A stretch of 32,633 bases of DNA from Ginkgo biloba (lineage: Eukaryota > Plantae > Ginkgophyta). Below the pieces are notes generated by a model that worked only from the letters and a program-made list of their open reading frames with translations, did no database searches and had not been told where the DNA came from. The stretch lies in assembly GCA_024626585.2 (NCBI GenBank), contig JANKJI020000002.1, positions 31,671,865 to 31,704,497 on the forward strand. Reading direction: 5' to 3'. This document shows, in pieces, positions 1-11,163 of the stretch. A program made the translations under genes and the position numbers. The first letter of the stretch is position 1, and every line of letters begins with the position of its first letter.

Positions 1-1480
1 TGGTTATGAATGACATGTGCATGAACAATGAAATATGGCTTCTTGACGGGGTTATACAATGCCAAAAGGTTCTAGTAGGTATGGGGTCATGTTATGTATA
101 TAAACTCTAGTAAAAATGAGATAGAGTAGGATATGCATGAGGCCTTGAGGCTATGGTGGTGTAATGACACTAGGTGGGATGGTGGAAAGACATTTGAGTT
201 GTGGGTCTTGAACATCAAGAAGGAACTAGATCTAGAGTCAATGTTAATGGGAAGGACAATTAAAAGGCACTTGAGCCCCAGGCTAAGGGGTGGCATCTTG
301 TTTAGGAAGGGGAATATTGCCTTAATAAAAAAGGTCAGTTGATTTCCTTGATGTTCCTGTTTGATTCAATGTGTTGATGGTCGAGAGTGGTCTTGAGGAA
401 TCCTTAGCCTTCAAGGAGGCCAGGAATCTATTTTGAACCTAAGCCTGCCATAAACAAAGATTTGCTCACTATTGGTAGAGATTTCTGCCAACGGAAGACA
501 AGCACATCCTGAGAGCCATCACGTCCAAGCATCCAAGAAGGAGATTAGATAAATATAGGTGAATATAACCATCAAAGAGATTTGCATAGAGTTATATGGG
601 AACGTAAGGGCTTCATTAAGATGAAGGGCAATCCTGAGGTCCCTCCCGAGAACTCGTGATTTCCCTAAGTATTACAACCAGTATGACTCTCTCTCTTTCT
701 TTCTGAATACCATGATCAATAGTATATACACATATATATAGGTCGCGGAGGTGGTTGAATGACCTGATTGCCATCCACACACCTAATTACCCAATACATA
801 ATAATACAAGATAAAGTGAATTTAAGACATTACATTATGACATTGGAAATCCAATGTCATACTTTATTGTCCAACACACACTATGAGTAGAATATGTAGC
901 TTTTGCACTAACATTTTGGTTATGGGTTGTTTGATGAAAATTTCATAGGTTTGCTAGAATAGAAGCTTGTAATAGAGTTCTTCTAGTTTAGTACATTGTA
1001 TGAGTGCATGCTTGCGATGGAAGAATGTATGTGTTTGTTAGTTTCCATTTGGCTTATTACACATGCAATTGCAATATTCTTGCCCTCATCATGTTCCTTG
1101 TGATATTGAGCAAGGGTGTTTTTTGTAATGATTAACTGAATTGTATTCATCTTTCTAAGATTGGCTTTGATGTATGGAGGGAATGCGTTACACATACAAG
1201 GTAATTTGAGCTCAACTCTACTTGATTGTGATGTGTTAGTCCTTCAAGAGGGAAGTAAAGAGTGTGCAAAGGAGAGGTGCATGTAGAAATCCATATCCAT
1301 AATCCTAGGAGTTGTTCTAAAAGATTTATCACACTTGATTCATGTCCCTAAACAAAGAATATGTTTATGTAGACTCTTGACTTTGTCAAAACAATTCACG
1401 TGAATGATATGAATACCTTTCTCTTTTTGGCTTCTCCTTTGGATGATTGAAGCTTGATTTGCTGATAAGGATTGAGAGAT
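1..1480 (-). mobile_element. Highly decayed Ty3/gypsy pol remnant (RT end, RNase H, start of integrase)
   Basis: Degenerate motifs occur in gypsy order on the minus strand: QLLG..DFY..FPLEGLT (about 1310-1235, cf. FLGxxNFYR..PLTxLT), DEGKNIAIACVISQ (about 1090-1048, cf. DASxxAIGAVLSQ) and PFGIV*P...MSFIT (about 70-2, cf. PxGLLQP..SMDFIT). Many stops and frameshifts. Confidence 0.4.
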
Positions 1481-2529
1481 TAGGGTNNNNNNNNNNNNNN
1501 NNNNNNNNNNNNNNNNNNNNNNNNNNNNNNNNNNNACATGGGCTTCATCTTGCTCTTACAATTATCAATGTTTGAACTAGTTGACATGGCTTCTTGAAAC
1601 GAGTTTTGTATTTTCATCAAATGTTTGGGATAGTATGATCTATGAACAAGAAGATTCTCATGGGAAGCCTTACTCGCTTCATTGATTTGGCATACATATT
1701 TGGACTTCATTGTGGGCAAATTGAAGATAAGGAGGATAAGGCCAAGAAACCAAACTTTGGATAGTTGTGAGACTAATCTGGATATGGTGTTATGAGAAAA
1801 GGTCAATGCTGTTGTGCTAACTCTCAATAGAGAATTGCCTATGATGCTAAAAAAATGAAGCCTTCCTAGGATGAATATATAGGAATGGCATGTGGTTGGA
1901 CATTCAATATAACTGTACATTGAATCCATAAAAACGATTACGAAGTGGTCATATAAAAGAAGTACAATAACAAATTTCGTAGTAGTTTTTGAAGTACAAA
2001 GATTAAAAGGCTTATGTGATGCATAGAGGAGGAAAAGACTCTTGCATATGGTGCAATTCTTCTACTACCACTACCCATGATTATTAATATGCTTTTCATG
2101 AACATATAAAAATGTTTTATGGAAGACGAGCATTGTTGTAAATTGTTACAATGTACGCATTCTTCTTTTGGAACTTTTATGGATCGTTGTATGCAAGTAA
2201 AAGGATGTGTAAGCTCAATATTGGAAGACAAAATTTTCATGGTTACTATCATCTCAAGAATTTTTATAATAAGTATACGATTTCCGAACGAAGTTGATGA
2301 TGCCCTTTGTAATAGACCACCCTTGCTAAACTTGCAAAATCGATTGCTTCCTATATATAATATGATAACATGCATAAACAAGTAAGTGGCTTTAGTCATG
2401 CATTCAGAACTGTAAAATAACCATAAAAGTGCAGTGTTGTGAGTTCCCATACAAAACAGATATTTATTTATGTTAATCTATTCCATTAATTTGTGGTCGC
2501 AGAGAAAGAAAGAATAAAAGTACATGTTT

Positions 2530-3950
2530 CAATAAGGACTATTTAACTAGGGTCAACTTGCAATAATAGCACCAACTAATAATTGTTGGCCGTGGAGATC
2601 GCTTAAAGGGGCTTACTATGTGGGAAACCAAACCTTCAGCGCATAAATGCTAACCGTTAGCGCCTAGCAACTACTAACGGTTTGCTAGACTCCACCCTAT
2701 AACCCCCCACACTAGTAAGGATGATAGGTGTAGGTTTGTTTTAACCCCTCTTTGGCATCAGGATAACGCTAGAGAGCTAGGGTGTCCACACCCCACTGAC
2801 AATTATTTATATATTTTAATTTTTGTTACAGAAATATTAGGGCTACAACAATAGACCCTAGACCAAAAACCCTACCGGTACCAAAATCTCTATGGTTGCA
2901 ACAACAAACCATAGACCATGAGTACAACAATAGCCATACCCCTATAGTTGCAATAATATACTATAGACCCTGTAGCTACAAACTATACTGTAGATCGGTA
3001 GATAAGAGGCTCAACATGGAGAACAATCCAACCCTCTTAGGATATACACTAACCCTACTGTTAGTAGCCCAAAAAATGTGCATGCAAGGGCAAGAACAAA
3101 GCCTCATATAGAGGCACCTTTAGTCAAGGCATTAGATCCCCCAATAGGTCTCCAATTAGCCATTTCTACGCTAGACTTGGTCGCTAGGATTTTCTGCAAA
3201 CAAGTAGTGCTAATTTTAGAAATTGCAAAACAAAAATGCATATTGCATTAATTAAACTTACACTTAACAGAATCATTTACATCCATAAATGCCATAAATG
3301 AACCCTTTGACCAAGGCCCCCCTACTTTGAAGAGTATAATTACCCAAATCTAGGGTACATAATCATTAATTATGCATGCATAATCTAGAAATACAGTTTT
3401 GTGTAAAACTACAAAAAGATTACATTAATTTATGGTAGACAAAATTAATTGTAGAGTTAGGGTAATACTCACAGGAGTAAGCACTTACCTGGATGAAAAG
3501 CTTCGACTGAAGCTATCAATTACCTCTCAGGATGAAAATGTCCTTCCTCTTCAATTCCAAGTCCAACAACTTGCTTCCAAGGATAAACATATATAAAATG
3601 CAACCTGAATCTAGTTGCTACCCTTGCCAGAATGCTTGTGTCACCTTTTTGGGTGGAGAGCTCCTCTAGGCTATAGTAACAATCTGTGAAAAAACCGTCA
3701 TTGAGGTTGTCGGGTTTGGAGAGAAGATCTAAGCAAGCACTTAACTGTGCAAAAGGGACCCCAGAACAATGTTATATTGGAGACACCCTAACTCCAACAA
3801 GTAGAACAATAGCAATGAGAATNNNNNNNNNNNNNNNNNNNNNNNNNNNNNNNNNNNNNNNNNNNNNNNNNNNNNNNNNNNNNNNNNNNNNNNNNNNNNN
3901 NNNNNNNNNNNNNNNNNNNNNNCTTTCTTGTATAAGTCTACCCCTTTGTG
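2530..3950. repeat. Long non-coding dispersed repeat, copy A (LTR-like)
   Basis: Collinear similarity to 24820-26526. Examples: ttggccgtggagatcgctta vs ttggccatggagattgctta; tgtgggaaaccaaaccttcagcgcataaatgc (2619) vs tgtaggcaaccaaacctccatcacataaatgc (24905); cccctctttggcatca vs cccctctttagcatca; ttttgtgtaaaactacaaaaagattacat vs ttttgttataaactataaaaattacat. Boundaries are approximate. Confidence 0.7.
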
Positions 3951-4469
3951 ACCTCTATGTGTTTATTGATTAGTGACGGAATTAAAGTCATTAAAGTGAT
4001 ATAATATGTCATATGAAAATTATATAACGTTCTGTCCTCAGTATTTAGTAAGTTTTGTATGATATCTGTTTTGGCTATGATTGCGTGAAATTTATTTCAA
4101 ATATTCAAGCTGGCCAGGTACACTAGAAGGGCATGTTGTTCTGATATAGAACTACTTGAGACTTCTCTCGCCACATGGATGAAGTTCACTTGAAAGACAA
4201 TTGTAAAAGAGAAGCCAATTTAATGTTGCCTTCTAATTGGCATAAATTTTATTTTTTAAATCATAGTTGTAGTGGAGCTCAATTTTAATCCAATTCTGGC
4301 ACATGAAGATGTATATGAAGATCCAAAAACACANNNNNNNNNNNNNNAAACACATTTTTTCTGGAGAGAACTCAAGAAATACACAAATGGCTGAAAGAAT
4401 ATCCTTTGTGTTAGATAAACAATAGGAGAAGATCCCCCTTCTGTATATACTTCGGCCTTTGCCAATTCC

Positions 4470-5500
4470 ATATGAAAGTTGCAATCCATTTCCATGGAGT
4501 TTGGAGACAATTCTGTCAAAAGCTGAAAGGGGAATGATGCCATCAATGTGTTGGTAGAAAACATGCAAATTACACATATTTCATGGCCAGCTACTCAAAA
4601 GATAACACCTCACAATTAGCTTGGATATTACAGCCCACTGGTAGAGGGCGGTCTTTACATTGGAAGTTTTTGCAAAATGTGTTCATATTATGTGCCATGT
4701 TTACTGAAAGCACAAGTGATACAGACTAGAGCATTTACTCAGCAACTTTCATTGAGAGTTATAAAAGATAATTATACATCCCATCACACACATACAAATG
4801 AAAAACCATGCTAGTATTCAACAGAGCATTTGAGGAGTACAGGAGGCATTTTACACATGATGAAAAGCGACATGGGACAGGGGGTTGTATTTAGCAGAAA
4901 CCACTTATAATCACAGGTCGATCGGAATTCACCTGTTNNNNNNNNNNNNNNNNNNNNNNNNNNNNNNNNNNNNNNNNNNNNNNNNNNNNNGTGAAATTCT
5001 GACAGTATAATAATTGATTACACAAACAAATGGCACTTTGAAAAGAGCAAAGCATTATATTCAAGCCCAACAGAGGATGCAGCTGCAGAGGCATTGAGGT
5101 TTAAGCGAGAATCTCAGATTAGAGATTGTGTTTATTTACTATTACAGCCTTGCAGGTCATCGACTGTCAAAGAAACTATCAAAGAAAAACTGAACTTAGG
5201 TGCTTTGGACTGTACCAAATCATCAAAAGAAATTGAGGTGCAGCAAACAAGGTCCAATTTTTCCAAATGGTGAAACTATGGTGTGTTGCATGTCTCCACA
5301 CTAGAATAAAATGGAGTGAACAAATCAATGCGTGAACGTAATTACCACTCTTGGATGATGAAAAGCACCTTCAGCTGATACTCAAAAGCTTATCCGATCA
5401 AAGGGAGTGGAAATGAAGAAAGAAGGTTATACTAGAGTTTTAGATCAAGTACAAGGGTTTTCTGTTAGAAGATGCAACATAACAGCATGAAGATTTTCCG
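4470..5500 (+). mobile_element. Very degenerate Ty1/copia pol remnant
   Basis: FGDNS (4500-4514) resembles the post-protease xGDxS motif. TLE*NGV (5298-5318) resembles the integrase TPQQNGV motif and is preceded by an LR....SKE-like segment. No long ORF. Confidence 0.4.
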
Positions 5501-7027
5501 CAAGAACATCCTGAGCTGTTTGAAATGTACAAAGTTTTTGAAGGGGAGGGATTTGTTCTAATTCCATTCATCAACACTGAAGCATGTGCAAAGTGCATGG
5601 TGTAAGGTTACCATTAGAAGGTAGGAATCAAACATTTTTGAATCATCCCTAGGTGAGTGTAATTTGTCCAATAAATGTGAAGAGCTGAAGTGACAGTGTA
5701 AACAAGGAACCCTTTATTATCTGCTATATAATGTCTAGAAGTGTCCTTAGAGTTGGCGGTGGAAATGGGCTGAAACGTCACCAACCCTTTCAAATTAAAA
5801 GCCCTTGTCAAAAGGTATGGGCAAATCATAAATGAAAAAGACATTCCCTCCCCCTCTATTGTCTATATAAAGAAACAAGCAGAAAGAACATTTTCAACTA
5901 CTAGACTTGTGTGTCTCTGCCAGTAACTAAACGATGTGCTACTGGAGCAATTATGCTGGTCTACTCAAGTTAGATGTCATATCTTGTTCTCATTTAGAGT
6001 GCCTCTATATATGCTCAGTTTTATTATATGAGGAAAATCATCTTTTCCCTCAGTCAGTATCCATATCTATTTTTATATCTGAGCAATTTCACCAGTTAGG
6101 TGTTGAAAGCTGAGGTTGCTGCTATCCTATTGTATTCCATGAGAGGGCTTCAAGTTACATTTCACATTCCTTAGCAGATGCCTTAGTACTATATGGGCTA
6201 TATTTATTTTTGGGCTGGAATCCTGTTCATGCATAGAATGATTGAATTATCCCAAGCCTCTAATTACCATGCATATTTGTAACTTCAGAGAAAAAAAAAT
6301 TACTGCCAGAAAGTTGCTACTACTCAGTGAAAAAAAACATTTACTGCCAGACNNNNNNNNNNNNNNNNNNNNNNNNNNNNNNNNNNNNNNNNNNNNNNNN
6401 NNNNNNNNNNNNNNNNNNNNNNNNNNNNNNNNNNNNNNNNNNNNNNNNNNNNNNNNNNNNNNNNNNNNNNNNNNNNNNNNNNNNNNNNNNNNNNNNNNNN
6501 NNNNNNNNNNNNNNNNNNNNNNNNNNNNNNNNNNNNNNNNNNNNNNNNNNNNNNNNNNNNNNNNNNNNNNNNNNNNNNNNNNNNNNNNNNNNNNNNNNNN
6601 NNNNNNNNNNNNNNNNNNNNNNNNNNNNNNNNNNNNNNNNNNNNNNNNNNNNNNNNNNNNNNNNNNNNNNNNNNNNNNNNNNNNNNNNNNNNNNNNNNNN
6701 NNNNNNNNNNNNNNNNNNNNNNNNNNNNNNNNNNNNNNNNNNNNNNNNNNNNNNNNNNNNNNNNNNNNNNNNNNNNNNNNNNNNNNNNNNNNNNNNNNNN
6801 NNNNNNNNNNNNNNNNNNNNNNNNNNNNNNNNNNNNNNNNNNNNNNNNNNNNNNNNNNNNNNNNNNNNNNNNNNNNNNNNNNNNNNNNNNNNNNNNNNNN
6901 NNNNNNNNNNNNNNNNNNNNNNNNNNNNNNNNNNNNNNNNNNNNNNNNNNNNNNNNNNNNNNNNNNNNNNNNNNNNNNNNNNNNNNNNNNNNNNNNNNNN
7001 NNNNNNNNNNNNNNNNNNNNNNNNNNN

Positions 7028-7540
7028 TTTAATATTTGACTTGATTCTCATCCATGCTTCATATGGTGTTTTCCCCTCAACTGCAACTGTTGGTGATCTA
7101 TTCCTTAGATATATGGTTATATTCACAGCATCTAACCAATATTTCCTATTAATATTCTTTTGCTCTAAATTTGCTCTTGCCATTCCCATCAAGGTTCTGT
7201 TCAATCTCTCAACTACTCCATTTTGTTGAGGTGTAAAGGAATTTGTTAGTTGTCGTCAAATTCCATGAGTTGCACAAAATATTTTGAATTCATTGGAAGT
7301 ATATTCTCTGCCATTATCTATCCTTAAGGTTTGAATTCTTTCACCTATTTGATTCTCAATTAAAAGTTTGAAAACCTTAAAGAATTCAAATGCTTCTAAC
7401 TTCTTCTTCAAAAAGTATCCCCAACACATGCAAAACTAATCATCCATAAAAATTAACACATACCAGTTATCTCCTATTGAAGTTGTGCTCATGGACCCAC
7501 AAATATCTGAATGAACCAACTGCAATTTTCTTTTGGCTCT
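7028..7540 (-). mobile_element. Ty1/copia integrase core fragment, about 215 bp upstream of a CYP38 exon
   Basis: One frame reads [115 protein letters not shown]. This is the canonical copia rve domain with two in-frame stops, running into the N gap. Confidence 0.93.
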
Positions 7541-7754
7541 TCAATTTGATTGTGTTTCATTCATCAGGTCTTAAACTAGGGACTTTGAGAGCAATGTAAT
7601 ATTATAGCAACATATTTCAAATGTGTTGCTTAAGGATACAATGGAACAGTAAGGTCCTTTTCTCCTGTAAAATGGATTTGAGTGCATGGTCCTAATTCTA
7701 CAGTAAGCCCATTAAACTTTGCCATTGACATTAAGTTCATGTCTGGCCTTGCAG

Positions 7755-7897
7755 CTGATGGATTTGTAGTCAAGACGGGTGATCCTGAAGGACCTTCTGA
7801 GGGTTTTGTTGATCCAAGTACAGGAAAAGTACGGACAATCCCTCTAGAAGTAATGGGTGCTGGAGACAGATCACCTATCTATGGAGCGACACTGGAG
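7755..7897 (+). CDS. CYP38: CYP38/TLP40 thylakoid-lumen cyclophilin, internal exon (third from last)
   Basis: Acceptor ttgcAG ends at 7754 and donor GTaaca starts at 7898. Translation (A)DGFVVKTGDPEGPSEGFVDPSTGKVRTIPLEVMGAGDRSPIYGATLE matches the plant CYP38 segment [22 protein letters not shown]..RTxPLEIM..G...P.YG.TLE. Confidence 0.93.
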
Positions 7898-8161
7898 GTA
7901 ACACGTCCTATCATTGACATATTTACCAGAGACAGTTGAATTCTATTTTCAGTGATATTATGTGTTCATTGCCTTCATTTGATTGATACTGTCATATTTT
8001 GCCACTTATGAGCTCATGTGTAGAAATGAGTGTTGCAAGGCACTAACATAACTGGATTGCTGAATATAATGTCTTGTATAAGGAATTTAATAAATGGAAA
8101 TTTCTCATTCAAGTTATGCATAGACAACTAAACTTGCCTTTTGCTCTGTTGTACTTGGCAG

Positions 8162-8233
8162 GAGCTTGGTCGATATAAAGATCGAATGAAGCTTCCATTC
8201 AATGCTTTTGGTACTATGGCTATGGCCCGAGAT
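8162..8233 (+). CDS. CYP38: CYP38 penultimate exon (72 nt, too short for the ORF track)
   Basis: Pyrimidine-rich tract and ttggcAG end at 8161; donor GTgagt starts at 8234. Translation [24 protein letters not shown] contains the CYP38 signature [12 protein letters not shown] and joins in frame with both neighbouring exons. Confidence 0.93.
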
Positions 8234-8485
8234 GTGAGTTTGTGCCAGACATTTTGATTTTATAATTTAATTAGAATCTATTATCGTTGCATTTTTTTGC
8301 TAGCTGCATGATAATTGTAAATACATTGTCTGGCACTCCAAGATATCTGAGAGATGTGTACTTGTATCTCAGTTCACATGTACATGTCAATCATGCATAG
8401 TGCATCTTAATGCCTAAAATCGTTTCTACTGTGGTGGAAATAATATCTTCCATTGATTTGGAGTATGTCACTTCCCATGGAACAG

Positions 8486-8713
8486 GAATTTCAGGAAGAT
8501 TCTGCTTCCAGCCAAATATTTTGGCTTCTCAAAGAAAGTGAAGTTACTCCTAGCAGATCCAATATATTGGATGGAAGGTATGCAGTCTTTGGATATGTAA
8601 CAGAAAACCAAGATTATCTAGCAGACCTGAAGGTTGGTGATGTCATTGAGTCAGTACGTGTTGTCTCAGGCATTGATAATCTAGTCAATCCAAGCTACAA
8701 GATTGTAGGCTAA
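8486..8713 (+). CDS. CYP38: CYP38 terminal coding exon
   Basis: Acceptor aacAG ends at 8485. [75 protein letters not shown]-stop (TAA 8711-8713) matches the CYP38 C-terminus (..[34 protein letters not shown]). Confidence 0.95.
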   Translation, partial: EFQEDSASSQIFWLLKESEVTPSRSNILDGRYAVFGYVTENQDYLADLKVGDVIESVRVVSGIDNLVNPSYKIVG

Positions 8714-9077
8714 TTCTTGCACGACAATTTCTTGTTCATTTCAAATGAATTCAGATCTAGATGTTTTAAAATGTATCTGCATGAATGCCATGCATAATTT
8801 TGGTTTTGTTTTTAAGTAAATGTCCTTTGGAATGGTTTAGAAGGCATTGAGCAATTCTGTCATGTACCTTATCCCAATGGGTTGATTATATTCAGTTTTA
8901 TGCAAATAATTCTTTACCAAGCTAACTGGTTTGGGTTTCCATGCCAATTAGGCTTAGTTCCCAAATTATAACTCTTGACTATTGAAATTGAAGACCATAG
9001 AAAGACTAATTTTTGATGCCAAGGCAAAGGCAATGCTTACGTCCAATGAAAAATCCTCGGAAGAGTCAAAGAAATTG

Positions 9078-9180
9078 TTACAGAAGCTTAGAAATCTCAT
9101 CAGGTCTTGGTTTGGGCATGTAATCACCAGTTTCAAAAAATTCAGGAGCACTCAGACCTTGGAATTTTGACAGGAAGCAC
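9078..9180 (-). CDS. Candidate terminal exon of an unidentified convergent gene
   Basis: On the minus strand, tgtAG (9182-9181) is followed by (x)CFLSKFQGLSAPEFFETGDYMPKPRPDEISKLL-TAA. The composition is protein-like, but the acceptor lacks a good pyrimidine tract, I recognise no homologue and no upstream coding exon was found. Confidence 0.3.
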
Positions 9181-11163
9181 CTACATTGGATATTTTGGGC
9201 AATATTTTTTAATTTTCCATGGACTTAAATAACTTCTTAATTCACAACCACATGATGTGTAAAATGTTACATTGTAAAAAAACATTATATTATGTGTAAC
9301 ACAACTCACATGTCATCTTTTAGCAACCCATGTTATAAGCAACTTTGACGAATCCACTAAGTAGAAGCATTGACAAGCACCAACGATGTCAGTTTAATTT
9401 CAGCTCTTTTTGCCATTGTAATCGCCCTCACACGTAGGCTTTAACATGTCAATCGACTTTCACAAGAATCGACAGTAGACTATGAAAAATCAGAAGAATA
9501 AATGTTTACATTTCTCATCCAACAATAAAGTATATCATATCTAAAACGCAAACCACTCTCAGCATAGCACTGAAAACAACAGAAATTTAGGGGCGACCCA
9601 TACCAGCTTATGCAACTAAAGGCCACTTCCTACTGCCCGTTAAACTAAACTAAATTAAAAGACCAGTGATATGCTNNNNNNNNNNNNNNNNNNNNNNNNN
9701 NNNNNNNNNNNNNNNNNNNNNNNNNNNNNNNNNNNNNNNNNNNNNNNNNNNNNNNNNNNNNNNGGTACTTTAAGAAATATTATTGTGCTTGGGTTAATTT
9801 ACTTTGTCTGTAGACACACGACAGTGCGAAGCAGCCCTAAGAAGGTTAATATCAGTGGCATCAAAAGCATAACTGGTTTTAAGCCAATTAAGCTTACAAT
9901 TTGTTTTGCTGTATTTAATCATCCAAACTAACAAGCAAAATAACTGGATTCAAGCTCACACAAACAAAGACATTTTATGTCTATGGAAAATTTTTTGAGA
10001 TGCATAAATTATACAATTAAACATTAATTGGTTAAAATTTCTACAGAAAATTATTAATTTTGCTCTGTAAGAGTTTGTAAATATGGCTTCCTGCCTAGAT
10101 CATAGACATTCACTGGCTGAAGTTTTGGACCATCATAAAATTATTAATTGGAGCCAATGATTTTGCAAACATTGCTGGCCTGCTTAGAAAATGTGCCCCT
10201 ATTTTACAGAAAGGGATGTTCTTGTACGTTTCTATGAAGAAAAATTCATATGTCACAACTCAGAGTTTGAGGAAGTATACTTTATGGAATGGGGTCAATA
10301 TGATTCCTGGATAACAAAGATTACAAGATGTGATATTCCAACAATTAGCATGCTGACATCATCTATTCATAAGAAATGTTGTTTGCAACCTAGATCTGAT
10401 TAATTCCACTAAATTGCATCCTTACTCTTATGACAATGATCACTTATTTTTTATTGGTTTTGACTTTGAACAATATATTGGAATGCATTATAATACAACC
10501 GAGTTGTGAGGCACTCAAATTTAGCCATCCACACTTAATTAATTAGCAACATAATATAAACCAAATGACTAATCAGATAGAAAACATGGCCTTTTTGTCA
10601 AAACAAAAGGAATGAGAAAGGAGAATGCATTGCCATTAATGACAAGATGGCAAAACTCCATCAAACACAATCATAGGCATGTGCATGTCATGACCTTAGA
10701 TATCATAGTTATGGGTGTGATTGGGAACAAATTTTAAGGGTGGGGTTTTCCTTCCATTTGAAGGGTACTTTGTAATATAAAATATCAAATGGAATGCTAA
10801 GGGTGATCCTTACCTTAAAACTTCTACTAGAACCAAGAGCAATAACGATGGTGTGGTAAGTTACAGCATATCGTTTTATGTTTTATTAGATAGGAAGTTA
10901 TTATTAAAATACTTAAAATAAATTTTACAAAATCAATTTAAAATAAAAAATTGGTAAAATTTATTTAAGTAAGTAGATTATAATTCAATGAGATAAAAAT
11001 TAGTATTATAATTATAAATTTGTATTTATTGTATTAGAAAAGAACAAATGAAAAAGTTAGTGTNNNNNNNNNNNNNNNNNNNNNNNNNNNNNNNNNNNNN
11101 NNNNNNNNNNNNNNNNNNNNNNNNNNNNNNNNNNNNNNNNNNNNNNNNNNNNNNNNNNNNNNN

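Noticed and set aside
2605-2625. aaaggggcttacta-TGT as a PPT/LTR start
   Set aside because: Similarity with the copy near 24.8 kb continues upstream of this TGT, so it is internal to the repeat.
5600-6000. Possible 3' LTR of the + strand copia relic (ctatataa near 5863)
   Set aside because: No clear PPT, TG...CA termini or second copy.
6242-7229. Long ORFs of 265-300 aa here, and similar ones at 18444-18738, 19880-20437, 23976-24608, 25918-26449, 29556-29846 and 31260-31532
   Set aside because: They are open only because they run through N gaps. Only the copia integrase part of 6341-7204 is real coding-derived sequence.
7682-7939. ORF-track starts and ends for CYP38 (7682-7939 and 8453-8713)
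   Set aside because: CYP38 similarity begins and ends at canonical splice sites; the extra residues are intron read-through.
8486-8494. Alternative in-frame acceptor tttcAG at 8494
   Set aside because: It would delete EFQ, which aligns with conserved EFE of CYP38, so 8486 is preferred. Minor use cannot be excluded.
8486-8713. Assignment to the paralogue CYP37
   Set aside because: The [14 protein letters not shown] and NPSYKI motifs are CYP38-type.
10191-10403. 70-aa ORF with a ttttacAG acceptor-like site
   Set aside because: No recognisable homology or partner exon; length is within chance expectation.
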